From the NCBI GenBank assembly GCA_973895155.1, contig OZ316892.1, positions 13,139,170 through 13,203,169 of the forward strand: a stretch of DNA of 64,000 bases. Direction: 5' to 3'. The notes beneath the pieces are model-generated. The model did no database searches and was not told the origin of the DNA. It saw only the letters and a program-made list of their open reading frames with translations. Positions within the stretch are counted from its first letter, which is position 1; each line of letters starts with the position of its first letter. Made by a program: the position numbers and the translations under genes. The stretch comes from Marsupella aquatica (lineage: Eukaryota; Plantae; Marchantiophyta). Positions 36,301 through 49,789 of this stretch are shown piece after piece.

Positions 36301-39300
36301 ACCAGCCAAAATGTGTCTACTCGAGTCACAATACAAACTTGGAATCTGGAAACTCTGTGGCTGTAGCTCATTCACGGACCCGTTAGTGTCATTCAAGATA
36401 CCCTTCTTTTTGCAGATCCTAGGAAATATCGTCTACTCGTGGAGAATTTGGACAGTCGCTGGTCACAAACCGGTATCCGATGTTAAGAGATAGCAGTCGC
36501 AACATCGAACAGATCAAAAGAGACGATGTCGGAAAGGCGAAATTCCAAAACCATTCTCGGGTTGGAAAGCAGCTGTCGAAGCATAGAAAACAAGTACGGA
36601 GTAGTTCCCAACTATTAGGGGTACATCAGCGTGCATACCTTTAAGGGCGGAAAACATTCTAATTCAGTTTTTTCCCGTGACAATCACTATATCTGCTTAA
36701 TTGACGATGACCAGTCTGTTTTATCTCCTTTATTCCCGTGACAATTGATTTATCGGCTCACTTGAAAATTACCACTCTGCTTTATCTCCTCGAGTACAAA
36801 TCTGAACCCTTTGACCCATTCAAAGACTACCTTACAAAAAATTCAATTCCTTTCAATTAGAATTGAGCTTTTAAGATCACAACCCCACTCAAATGCTTAT
36901 TCCACGTTGTAATCATAATTAGGAGAGTTAAAAGGTTTGGTTTGCAACGAGGGAAATCCTTGGGAGAAAGATTTGAGATGTCAGATCTTGAACTATGTCT
37001 TCAATCCCTACGAAGGGAAGGGAAGGGAAGGGAAGGGAAGGGAAGGGAAGGGAAGGGAAGGGAAGGGAAGGGAAGGGAAGGGAAGGGAAGGGAAGGGAAG
37101 GGAAAACCAACACACATTAAGAATCACGAAGGACAGCTAATACTCACAGAGAAAGCGATGTCACAGGTTGTCAGAACAACTTGAACTTTGAGTGGTGTAT
37201 TCCTTCTATTTAGTTCGAAACGTTGAATAACTCCTCTTGCCTCTTTGCTACCCATATAAACAACAGTGTTGACTTGAGGCGCATTTTCTGTAAATTCTGC
37301 TTCCCAGCATTGAATGTCAAACGCCGGAACTATAACTAGAATCAGTCTGTAAACTCCATATTCCTCTATCAGAGAGAGGAGAAAAGCCACCGTCGTTGAT
37401 GATGTTTCCTGCTGTCAAGTAAAGCATCCAGTGATGTCAATATCCACCCACAAGACCCCAATATTAAATTGGATTGGTTCAGGTCCAATGACCTCACAAG
37501 AACTGCTACATATGATTTCACCAATTAGCTGGAAATTTTGCATACATAACAGAGGGCTTCCATCAATTACAAAGGTGCTCAACACAAAATTCATGCATTT
37601 GGGTATGCAATTGTGGATTATCCTCTAAGGTAAAGTTCCCCTAAAGAATATCCTCGTTGTTAGAAAGCCTGCTATGGATTTATAGTCGGCCCAGAAGGAC
37701 CCAGACTGCTGTTTCTTCATTCATTTCCATTTGCTGAGATTTAAAGATCTGTAGTGGCAGGCGTAATATGCAAATTCGGAGGAAATAAATTCCAAATTAA
37801 CATTGAAAATCTGCAGTATAGCATATCCTCTACAGCCAAGAACACTAGGAAGAAATGAACCTGGTCGTCTTGGTCAACAATTATAGTGTTTTGGTGACGA
37901 TGCCACCGTTGCCTGAGCTGATTGAGTCGGTCCATTTGGTAGGGAAGTAGTTTTCCGAATCGAATCCATTCTGGTTGACTTTGCAGCTGTTTATAGCTTG
38001 CCTCCCGCAGTTTGTCGACCTGCACATGGGCCAGGCAGAGACAACAAATTGAACTTCAGATGTCTTCGTTTAGACGTCACTGTTCAAATTAGAATCTGCG
38101 CTGCTCCATCTGGGGGAAATCATTCGATAGTTGGCGCCAAAGATGATCTGAAAAGGTCTTCTGTTACACATTAATGTTCAGTTGAAAATCTGCAGTGTTC
38201 CATCGGGTGAAATCATTTACGATTTGCTGAAGGATTTCAAGGATGCAGTACGGCAATCTCAGCACTCAAGTCCATGCCATAGATTCTGACAGAGTCTGAC
38301 AATGGTGACGGCCAGTAGGGTAACAATAGCCAGAAGGAAACGAAAAGTGCGAAGAGCCTTCAAAATTGCACCGAGACACGCAATAATACAACGGAAATCA
38401 CTGTAAGAACAGTCGAGAGACACTAACTGATGCTAATCTTGAAAAACCTGCATGTACAACGTTAGCTGGCATCGGATACGTTCAAAAGTAATGCAGTACA
38501 ATTTTTGAAAATTACCTCTACAACTCGCTGTGGATCATTACGCTTCCTTGCAGCTTCAGCCCACTGGTAAAACATCGTTTCAAGCTGTTTGACTTTCACA
38601 TCGGAAAGGACCCCTGAGTGCGCTGGCTCCCATGTGCAGTGTTCATAACCTAGACCCTTCCACTTTACGAACCACTCCTGTTGAGTGTCCATGCCAAGAA
38701 AACCTCGTCCTCGTCCTCCACCTGGTCGTCGAGGGGGGATGGAGACCCTTCTATCTACTAGACGCTGTGGCTCTGCCCAATCCGAGTTCCATTGACCAAC
38801 CTGGATTTTAAGAAATCATCATTCAAGGAATTAGTGTTCGAACATTCCGTTTATTCACAAAGTTTAACTTTTCGACGATGCAAATTGGACAGAGTTGCGA
38901 TCATTTGGGATCAGGGTTCCATCCAAACCAAACAGGCCACGACGAGTCAGCATCTCAAGTTGTGGCTAATGGACATGATAGTAATGCAATACAGTCACAG
39001 TTTTAACGAACCTGCCAAATCAGACGTTCATGTGCGGAATTTTTAAAGCAAGAATTTATTTTATTTTCGAAGGGAGTCAAAAGACACTTCAAGTATAATA
39101 CTACACCCACAACTCCAGAGGAATCGAGATTACCTGGCCTTCAGCGATTTTTTTCTTAAACTTTGCAAGACCTTTGGGTGAAAGTTTGACGAGCTCGCTT
39201 TCCACAACCCATGTATTGTGTGCATGTGAGATTCCCCTCCACTTCACGAAGTACTCTTTCTCCCAAGACTCATCCACCAGTTTTGGGATCCGTATGGCAC

Positions 39301-42300
39301 TTGACGAGCTCCCTGAGACTATTTTCGCTTCGGTCATTCTAGTCTTCTCTGGCGTCTTTACGTCCCCATCGCAGTGCCTCCGCTCTGTCAGCCTTTGCAC
39401 ATTAGAGTCCGCATCTGTTCCTAGGGTAGTCCCTTGATGCCCAGCTAATGCCTCAGCAATTCCAGGGATCCCTTCATCGTCATCGACAACTACAGTCACT
39501 GCAGCAATACATTCATATTCTACTTTATCCCTATGCTTCACATGCATTCCTCTTGTACCTTCCAAGGACATACTTGTCGTACCTCGATCTTTATCAGTAA
39601 ACCCATGTAGGTCCATGGCTGGTACATCTTTGGGCAACGAACTTGGATGACCAGAGCTCTGAGCACAGTTCCGTACATCCCAGATGGATTCCACTGACTT
39701 TGAAACAGCATGAACTCCATATGAGAGGCGCTTGTGTGCACACATCGGACAGTACCAATTACCAGAGGGTACTTCCACCAGTTTAGGGTCAGTACACTCA
39801 AGATGATAAGTAATTTTACAACCACTTCCATCACAGCAGCTGGAACACAGAGAAAAAAAAATCAGTCTCGATAGATATAATTTTGAAGCATCGCAAAAAC
39901 TACAGCATCTGACAATTTTGTGCAGCACATGAGCAATTATCTGTTGTTGGATCATTTCTCTAACTTAACCCACAATCGTCAATCTGTCCAAATGACCAGA
40001 TTGCACATTTATATATCCAACTGTACCCTTCGAAAAAACTCTTATCACACGACGATCAACAGAAATCTCTTCCCAACAACATCGACTCAGGACCACGAAA
40101 ACAAGAGCTATAAGCATTCATAGACCCCTTGAATAGCAAAGTTAGGAGGCACAAATCGCCTCGATGAGAAGCCTCAAGACGTTCCCATCCTCGAAGGGAA
40201 ACCTGTTCCCAATGAGAGAAGCTTACAGGAGCTGTCCACCTTGTCTGCAACATTCACAGTAGCTGTTGTGATGGTCACTTGTTCTCCCATCGTCACTCTC
40301 ACTTCTGTCCTCTCCTATCAGGTCAGATGCAGCCTGCAACTCTGAAGTTTGCACCCTGTCTAATTTATGGACCGAATGAGGCTTCGAGTCACCACCCTGA
40401 TCTCTTCCTCTGCTCTCATGACTACTTGTTGGAAAATGCTCCGGAACACAAAGCTCGTCAATCTGATTCTCTGCCTGGACACTCTGCCTGCGAAAGAGGA
40501 CATGACAGGGAAATAAAGAGCAGATTACAGTTAGCCAACCACGTTAATACAGTTCCAGGACAAATCAATCGAAGCTTTTTAATAGTTCATTATTAAATTT
40601 AAGCTTTTAACTTAGGGTTAACGAATACACAACGAATTCGCTGCAATCCAAATCCCCTTACCCTGTGGATTATCTTAATACTTGTTTTAGAGCCCACAAT
40701 GTTCCGTTTAACGAGGACCGTTCCCTAGAAGAGAACGTTTTGCTCATATCGCTCCACCCACTGTTGCCTTTCAGCTCAGAACCTATGCCTAAGCTGGATA
40801 CCACAACATCATACTGCCCAAGACGAACAGGCTCAAAACCAATCTCATCCGAAGTGTAGAAAAATACTCTACCTGTCGGTACAATCATTTTCGTACTTAG
40901 TAGATTCACTGCACCCAGTTACATTTTGACGTTTGTCTCCTCCACCATCTGCGACAGGTTCTACTTTTTCATCACTAGCTAATGTGCTTGCAGACGGACC
41001 GTCATGACCATCAAGGTCTAAAGTGCCAACTGCCCCTTGATTCCCTTCACGCGCCCCTTCTAATAGAGGGGTCCTTTCCTTATTCTCAAGGTTTTCCAAT
41101 GCATCCTGACTTTCACAAGGACGGAGCTGTGTTCTGGAAAGACTTGGCTCACTAAGGCGGACAACTGGCACAGTGGCGCTCTTCCTATCTTCATGAGTCA
41201 GATCATTTTCACCCAACCTGCGAACAAGAATTAAAAATATAACCTTGCTCGTTATTCATTACCACAAACCTTTCAAGTTGGGCCCAACCAAACCTTCTCT
41301 TTCGAGAGGAGTAATGACTAGTCCCAAGAGGAGAAACTAAGCTCCCAAGAGACTGAAACTTGGAGGCAACAAGAATGCAATACTGGGATTGACCAAAAAA
41401 CACCTTCAAGCCAGTGATGTCCATAAACATCGATGTGCAAATCTTGGTTAAGCAGTGATGTCTAATAAAAGGCTGTTGATAACTTGTAGAGGGCATGCAG
41501 GTTCCACCAACCTTGTCTCTCCTGGATCTCCTCTTCTCAGGACTATTTCGGTAAACTGCACACCACGTGAGCGAAAATTTGAGAATTTTGCAGAAAAACT
41601 TTTCTTGAGCAGTGATATCGGCTTGTCGTACTAAAACTAATTCAGCAAACTGGACATCAGAAACCCAAGTGAGGAATTTGAGAATTTGCTCAACAGAAAC
41701 ATCTATTCGACAATCAAATGCGGGTGCACGTTAACCTTTCCTCAACGTTCAGTAACTTTCTTCTAGCTCAATTAAGAAGGTTGTTGATAGAGTCCAAGGT
41801 AAACCAAACAACCATAACCACAAAAAAAAGCACGATTCTAAAGAAGGACCAATCGCACCATGACATAGGATGAAATACTGGGCCATCCTGGAGGAATTAA
41901 ACAGTGAGGTTAGGTGGACCTCTCTGAGATATCAAACTTCCATCAGAAAAGCCTTTGAAGGCACTTCCCCCACCACCGCCCTCCCGCGAAAAGAAGAACT
42001 TCATATGAAATAACGAGATAGACAAAATGTAATTGTGTGCCTACAATGCATTTGGCCACTGTATTCTCTCAAAGCTCATGCTGCCCCACAAAGTGCTACT
42101 GAATTTACACACCTCGGACACCTCCTCTTTCCCAGCAGAATCCGAGCTTGGTATTTCTCCTTCCTCCAGAGTCTTGTGGTCTCCTTCGTGAATACCTGGC
42201 GAAGCGTCTTTTGGCGGTGCCTCTCCTACCTTAGAGTTAACATCGGCGGTAGACACCGTCATTGCAGTGCACTGGGTACCAACAAACCAAGGGACAGTTA

Positions 42301-45118
42301 GTTTCATGCTCCAAAACCCAAACAAAGATAATTCGACTACAGGAATCAATGGAAAGGAAAGACTTATCCCCAACTTCAAAGCCCGAGTCCCGATTAAAAT
42401 GACACATGGTCATGAAAAAACTCTGTAAGAAAAGAAAGTGAACGCATCACAAATATGCAGGTTCTATTCACAGCACGTACGTGAGCTCTGCCTTCAAATA
42501 TCAGCTACTGATTCCAATAATCGACAGACTTAAACAAGGAGCGGTCCAAAAGATCAACTGCCGGAAGATCGACCACTTCTTTCAGGAACTAACAAACCTG
42601 AGACACGGGTTTCCTTGTTGGTTTGTTTCCAAAGCATTCTTTAATGACCAGAAAAACGCAATAGCAGAACGAGTCCCCACCACTAAGACACGGGTCAAGC
42701 CTTCACAAGCTTAGACTCGAAGTACTATCTTGTTGAGTGTTTAGAACATTCTTTACCTTCTCGTCAATTAATCTTTGCTTCTTAGCTTTTGCATGCTGAC
42801 CTCCACCAGCGATCTCTCCTTCTTCGCCCTCCTTTGCTTCTAAATCGGCGTCCTGATTATTAACTCTACTATTTGATTCCTTTCCATTGTTCTCCATATC
42901 TGCCTCTCGACTTTGCCTTTTCCTCCCATGCAATTTCTCTGCTTCACCCACGGCAGATTTCCCAGCCCCAGCGATTTTCGGCGCACTTCCAGACGGCCCC
43001 GGTGGAGAACAGTGCATTTCCCCTCCAAAGTTCTTGACATCGTTATTTGTACCATCCGAGGCAGTGATTGAGCCCTTAACAGTGGTACCTTTCGTTCTAC
43101 GAGGCACATGACCACTATCAGTACCTCTCTCCAAACTTCTGGTTGGTCTCCGCCTCAAATTCAAACCTCCTCTCTCTCCCTCTTGCCATTGCTGATAGGT
43201 GCAATTTTGAGACTCATCTGATCCACCACTTGATTGTTGAGCTTTCTCAGCTCCTTGCGCCTTATCAGTGCTCCTTTTAGATCTTTTGTCGGCAGGCTTC
43301 TCAGACTCTTTCTCTCCAGTCTTCCGATTAGACGTTCTTACCATACCAACTACACTATCTGAGAACTGGCGTACGGTAGTTGCCCGCCCCATCAGCCGTT
43401 TGGATTCAGGATTCTCCCCCTTTCCTTTCACTGTGTCTTTCCTTTTAGTTGGTCTCCTTTCGAAAACTTTCTCCAAACTGTCCAGTTCGAGTATTTCCTT
43501 TGCCAAATCCGAATCAGATGTTTTTGCGCAATCTCCTGACAGGGAGTGCAGAGAGTTTTCATCTGTAGTAGAAGGTTTTCGAGTTACCTGTAACGGCCTC
43601 TGATTTCTGTTGTCCACTGCCGAGTTCTGCCTTCCAACTTTTGTTGATGTTGAGGAAGTAATCTTGCCTCCCTTCTCTTGTCCTCGTTGCTTCTCAGGGA
43701 CTGAAGTCCCAACCTCACTGACTATTTCATCATTCCTTGCGAGTTTGCTCTTCACTGGAGATACAGCATCCCCATAGCCACGAGTTTCCCTGCTCGTCCT
43801 CCCTTCACTATGTTTAGAAAATTCCCTTCTGGCTCTCAAACTAGACTTCCTTTCACATGCCTGAGCGTAGTCCCGATCATTGAATCTCCGTTTCTTACTG
43901 CTGTCTTGATTGCACTGCTCACCACTCAACGCCATGCGATCCGTCCGATTGAGTTGGAGCCCAAACTCAACTGGTTTGGAAATTTCCTCTCGAGAAATCC
44001 TCTTACTCTTACCGCAATGGTCCCCGCCCAAACTATCTGCTCCCTTCTTGAAAGTAGTTGGCATGTGAGACTTAGTGGGCGTTTTGTCTTTCCCTTTTCC
44101 GGCTGCCATATCTGTAATGAAAGATGATTAAATGCATGAAAAGGTCATGGATGCAAGTACGAGGGGAACGGACCAATCAGGAAAACATCTGGAAACGATT
44201 GCATAGAATCCTGGGCTAGAAGCAACCAAATTAGGTGGACGCATGCTGATACCGTCTCCTCGCATAGGCAAGAATCCCCAACAGGTCTACAAACTCTGTG
44301 TGGTAAAAAGTTATTACAATTGTCACCACATCCACTGCATCGGTAGTTTAGGACTGTAACAATTGGAGGCGTTTGACCCGGCTCATACCTATCTTCTTCG
44401 GCAGCCTTTTCCCTTCCTCCGCATCGCCGTTGATAGTCCCCGTCATTTGACCTCCGTCAGCCACCGCTGCCTTGTTTTTGGCAGGAATGCAGCCGACCTT
44501 GACATTGAAATCTCTCCGGAATCGTCTCGCATCCAATCTCTTAGTGCCTCCCCCGACCGCGCTGTCTTCACAGCTTGAACTTAATCGAGTGCTTTTAGGA
44601 CAGGCCGCATTCTTTCCATTCTCCACAGGTTCATCTTGGAAACTTCCAACCTGAAGTTTCCCTTTAAACAGTTCCGAGCCATTACCTTTAAGAGCCACAT
44701 TTGGAACATCCCCATTGTTTAATGTCACGGATCTTTCATTACTGCTTGCGGGGTCCTCGTATCTCGCTCCACCGGCCGACGATTCTATTCTCTCTTGCAG
44801 GCCTGAGCAGTTAAGCAATTGTAAACTGGAGCCTCCTGTGGGAGCAGACTCCAGTTGTAGGTTCTCTGCGGCCGCCAGTAGCCCCTCACTTCGAGAATCC
44901 TTCTCATCTGAATCTATATTCACGTCTTCGTCCTCATCGCCCCCCCACCCTTCAACAATGCCAGTGTCCCTACCTAACCCTTCTTTGGGGCCAACAGAAT
45001 CCCCACAAATGGCTCGCTGCATTTCTCTTTCAACGGCGGCCAGAGTGGAAATTGATGAAAGAACCATCCTCGTTGCTGCATCGCACTGCGGCAAATTCAT
45101 GCGTGAGATACAATGCAT
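27305..45118 (-). CDS. MOM1: MOM1-like chromatin silencing protein of CHD3/PICKLE origin: PHD, two chromodomains, degenerate SNF2 ATPase, CMM2 coiled coil, C-terminal SIM-like motif; about 16 exons
   Basis: PHD: YCECCRQGGQLL|CCDGSGCKITYHLECTDPKLVEVPSGNWYCPMC (~40270-39740). Chromodomains: KEYFVKWRGISHAHNTWV (~39260) and EWFVKWKGLGYEHCTWE (~38680). SNF2 remnants: LLPYQMDRLNQL, WEAVVVDESQ, CQHPYL, DSDLNP, KVFRLYQRFTVEE. PKL-like: FWSSLLKDRY...GKGLRQRKRVQY. CMM2-like: DPLLHEENRLKQEQE...|...KVDRNRQLAEAL (29227-29154, 28855-28648). Terminal IIYLSDDED*. The start codon is uncertain (45118, 45100 or 45067). Confidence 0.85.
37012..37104. repeat. (GAAGG)n pentanucleotide microsatellite, ~18 units
   Basis: Perfect GAAGG run within a MOM1 intron. 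Confidence 0.98.
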
Positions 45119-45990
45119 ACAAACACTGACTTCTAGAACCGCTCCGTCCGACTAGACACCATTGTCGATCCATCCTTCTCCTTTCCAATAAATGTTATGA
45201 GTAGCAAGGGAGATCTAACATATCGCGAACAACTTCAAACAGAGACCACCCGTCGGGAAAAGAACCCCGGATTTTTGTCGAGCCGGTTTCCAAACTAAAC
45301 AGCACATCCAAAAATTTCCGTTCACAAAACTTCCTCGACCGAGTTGAACTGCCTTGTCAGTGAGGAAGGCTGTTTATGAATACCGACCAAAGCTAACCCA
45401 AAGGTTTATCAGCCCCCGAGTTTTAATTCCCAGTACTGTAAACTTTCCTTCCGGTACATTCGTCGCAGCTGCAAGCTGTAGCCCCCTTAACGAGAGAGCT
45501 GAGACCATTCAAGTAAACAACACAGAGAACTAAGAAGCAAACTTCGAATAACAGTAACGATGTCATAGACCAAAACACTGAGGACCAAAGCATTGGTTCG
45601 CAGAAGTCCAAGCAACACATTAGCCACTCACTGAAAGGCCTAAAAGACAACAGGACCTATGACTTTATATTGACCTTCCAAAACTAAAGCAATTCAGGCA
45701 AAAATGCCATCCCAATCTGCAAGAATCACGCAACGTACCGTTGTCCACGCAAACAAATCGTTTCCCGCCAAATCAACATTAAGGAGAATAAAGCACTACG
45801 ATGAATCAACAACTGGGAAAAATGGCAGCTCCAAGAATGGAAGAAGATGCTCCCGGACTTCGGAGACACCTCACAGATACCAGTGAGATTTAATGAGAAA
45901 TGCAGAGAGATAGAATAGAGAAGAACGGCAGACTGAATGAGCATTATTCGATGAAAAGATAAGAAGAACTACAATAATCTATCCTGAACG

Positions 45991-46450
45991 AGAAACGGCA
46001 AGAAGAGGGAGTCCTATATGACCTTCTGAAGATGATGGTCTTTCAGGCCCTCTGGCACTCATATCAAGCATTTGCGTTATTTCTTGGGGTTTATGAAGAG
46101 ATCAATTGGCCTCAATTCCACCTCACCACCACAGAGACGAGAAAGAAGAGAGGGAACTAGATGACCTCTGAAGGTGATGGTCTTGGAGGCCCTCTTGCAC
46201 TCATAGTTAGCCCATCACCCATCAAGCATTTGCGGTCTTGCTAAGGGTTTGTGTGGGGTTCAATTGGCCAGACCTCAATTTCACCTCACCACCACAGAAA
46301 CGGCAAGTAGAAAGAGGGAACTAGGATGACCTTCTGAAGATGAAGGTCATTAAGGCTCTCTTGTCATCATAGTTAAACAATTAGCATTAGCGTTCTCGCT
46401 TAGGGTTTCTGAGAGGTTCAATTGGCCACAGACCTCAGTTTCACCTCACC
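45991..46450. repeat. Three diverged ~150-bp tandem units upstream of the MOM1 ORF
   Basis: Each unit runs AGAAACGGCAAG...GAGGGA...ATGACC(T)TCTGAAG.TGA.GGTC...AGCATT.GCG...CAATTGGCC...CACCTCACC. Confidence 0.85.
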
Positions 46451-47639
46451 AAGCCCCCCATCGAACCTCGCTATAGTTCTCCTTCCCCACTCCCTTTGAC
46501 TTGATTCGTAGCAACCAGCCATATGCAATTTTACCGTCTACGGTCGAACGACATCGGTTAAATCCCCTCGGAGATCATATTTCCCGTTCACACCCGTTCA
46601 CACCCAGTCACATCCCCCTCGATTTAACATTCTTTTTCCCAGTTTCTCTCTACCTCTAGGTGTCTTGCACTAACCATCCAGGCAATAGAATGACGCAAAC
46701 AATCATCGGGAAGAATTCAATATCGTTCGTCTTTCCTCTCCACTCGTCGTAAGTCAATAAGTTCGCCAATCGAGCGGTTTGTGCATCACCTTCCTCCAAA
46801 ACCTCCATCCGCGTTACTCGTCACGAGTACGGTGTCGTAGCTCACACACAGGTCGTTAAAGTTCATTTTCTTCTTTCAAGCGCTACAAGAGTTCTCACAG
46901 TTCAAAATTAAAAAAGCAAGCAAGCACGCACCCGAAGCGTGAATCCGAACGACCGAAGCGCGACGGTGAAGGCGTAGCGTAAAGAGTCTTCGACGTGTCA
47001 AAATTCACAAAGCGGAAGCAACGATCAACCCTACGGTTTGCTGATTCCACGAGAGCACCGAGACGACATCAAGCTATCGAAGGCCAGCAGAACTGCAGAA
47101 GGCAGGCGATGAGTGCCAACCAGAGCGTCAGAGCCGAGCTCGAAGGAGGACCCTAAAAAGCTAGGAAAGAACAGGCATAGCATCTCCACGTGGGCCAGCT
47201 CAAATACCGCAGCCAGAATATACCTGTATGGCCTCATTGACTTAGAGATGGAATTTTAAAGCTGCGATCAATCATCAATCGATCGAGCTTCCTCCGTCTT
47301 CATTGTTTGTCTACATCCCACTATTTTTGCATTATTCTGAGAAACGGCGGCGCGTGATTACGGAGCTTTCCGCAGCTGGACCAGGCTGGGCTGGCTGGCT
47401 GATGTGAACCCCGTACCACAACGGATGCGGATGGTGCACAATGCCCGTCATTCGGTGGAATCAGCTAGACGGTCTTGTGGGTTTTGCTCTCCAGCAAACG
47501 GTTGCTTTTCGGCTCAGGGAATCAATTTCTCTTTGGCAACTGCCTTTTCGGTGTAGTTTGCTCTCGCGGTTTCTTTTATGGGATTCCTTCTTCGCCTTCT
47601 TCTTCGTCTTCGGCAGCTCTTTATTTTTAGTTTAATGGT

Positions 47640-48450
47640 TATCAGTTTGGCAACTTCTTTTTTGGTGGTAGGCTTCCTTCACTTGGGCAACTGCCACCCC
47701 TCCTATTGCCAGGTGTCTTTTATTTTTATGTTTATCAGTTTGGGCAACCTTTTTTTTGGTAGGATTCCTTCACTTGCGCAACTGGACCCCCCACCCCCAC
47801 CCCCACCCCCACCTATTGCCAGGTGTCTGACCAAAGAAGAGCTATTTGGTCACACTAGCTCTGAACCAACCATTTTGTGGTTTCTACTTTCTATTGCCTC
47901 TATCTCTGTTGGTTTTCTGTGCTTTCTGTGCAAAAGTGGGCACCACACCTACCCTACCTTGGGAACTAACCATATGGCAGTGAGGTCCGGGTCCCACTAC
48001 TGCTTCAATCCTACCTTGGGATCTCAACCATGTGCAGTGAGGTCCCACTATTTGACCTTAATGTGTTCAGTCAATATATTCTCTCCCACAGACCACAAAG
48101 AGTCATACTGAGTGATCAGTAATAGGCTCCCAAGGACTGAAAGGAGAGAACACATTGGGGGAGACCCAAAGCCAGAAAGCCTGTGAGTTCCCTACAACTG
48201 CAAAAAGAACTAAAGCGCTACTGAGCACTCAATTGAAAAGCCTGGTACATGGAAAAATCTAAGAGTCAAAAAGCCTGTGAGTCCCCTACAACCCCAAAAG
48301 AACTAAAGCCCTACTGAGCACCAAACTGAAAAGCCTGGTCCATGGCCAAAGAGTGCTTTAGTCATACCAAAAGACCAAAAGTGAACATATATTGTGTTTA
48401 TGTATTTCGTTAAGCATGGTCCATAGCCAAAGAGTGCCTTGGTCATACAA
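47640..48450. repeat. Cluster of consecutive short tandem duplications
   Basis: Pairs at ~47640/47733 (TATCAGTTTGG..CCTATTGCCAGGTGTCT), ~47953/48010 (CCTACCTTGGGA..GCAGTGAGGTCC), ~48176/48270 (AAAGCCTGTGAGT.CCCTACAAC..AAAAGCCTGGT.CATGG) and ~48340/48421 (CCAT.GCCAAAGAGTGC.TT.GTCATAC). Confidence 0.8.
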
Positions 48451-49789
48451 AGAATCTGTAATTTCTATTCGATATTACCCAACATACCTTCCCACAAGTC
48501 CCTCATACTGGGATACCAACCCAATGTGGTGAGGCCCCACTGCCAGACTACATGTTTCAATCAGTAAATACATGACACGGGTAACACAGTTAGCCAGACT
48601 TAACTTTGTTCAATCAATAATCACATCACAAGCATAACGCAGTTTGGCCGTACTAGTTAATAAGCATCTCAGAGGAGCTTGTTGTCTTTGTGAGACTACA
48701 TCCCTGAATTATCATTGTCTCTTCACGCTGCTTTGTTATATACTACAGGGATTCAACTACGCTACCTGACTCTGGAGCATTTAGCCCTTCTTCCAGCTAC
48801 CACCCAGAATCCAATGGATTTGAACACCAACAGTCCAAATTTGATCAGAACATCTGCTGGCCAATTGCAAAATTCACAATCCAAATGGATAAACATCATC
48901 ACCTACACTAAGGAAGTACTTAACAAAGGTACCAAATTTATCTAACAGAGTGAACCCTCCTTAGTCCACAACCATTATTAAAGAATGGTGTATTCAGGGC
49001 ATGTGAAGTTTGTGAGACTTAGGGTTGTCTTGCATGTGCATCAACCCTCAAAATGCCCTTCCGGATTTTTTGGTGCTCTTATGGAGAAAATGCACAGTCC
49101 AGATTGAGATCTGGGAATTACAAAACATCAACTCTACTATTAGTGAAAATAATAATTTTAGTTTGTGGACCCCGTCTCCCTATAGCTATTCTTAGATTCC
49201 ATGAGAGATAAGTACTTAGGAATATTTTTAAGCTTTGTATCAAAGGTAAATGTGCCTTGTGTCATGAGTTGGATTAGGTGACCACCTATGATTATGTAAA
49301 CAAAGGATGTGGATCTCTTGGAACCCTTGGAACCCTTGGAAGATGAAGGAATTTGGATCTCTATATTAGTGTTCATCTTGCTTCCCCATATATATTTTGA
49401 ATTGCTTGTACCTTCATGATCATTGAAGCAAATTGTCTAGATCAACTTCAATCTTGGGTCTTTTCCGTGTTGCAATTCATTATTTATCCCTGTGTTTATC
49501 TCCTACTCGTCTCCAAATCATTGTAATTATGAACCCAACCCAAATATTCCAATACCTGGAGCGTCATCTCCAATTTTCATTACTCTAAGCAACATTTTAC
49601 AGTAGGTCACTTGGAAGTTTGAGTCCAAATGGCCATCAACCTATTTATCAAACTCATGAAAATCAAATGTGTTGAAGCCCATAATCTTGTTGATAATAAA
49701 AAAATATGTCAATGTTAGACTCATTCTCAATGTTTTCATTTTCTAAAATGCTTGTAAGTGTTTAGCACAAAAGGTTTGATTGAGAGATA

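Noticed and set aside
36928-37184. ORFs with PSLPF / GKGRE repeats
   Set aside because: These are translations of the (GAAGG)n microsatellite.
47578-48111. 177-aa plus-strand ORF with a poly-proline run
   Set aside because: It spans low-complexity T-rich and C-rich sequence and local duplications, with no domain or splice support.
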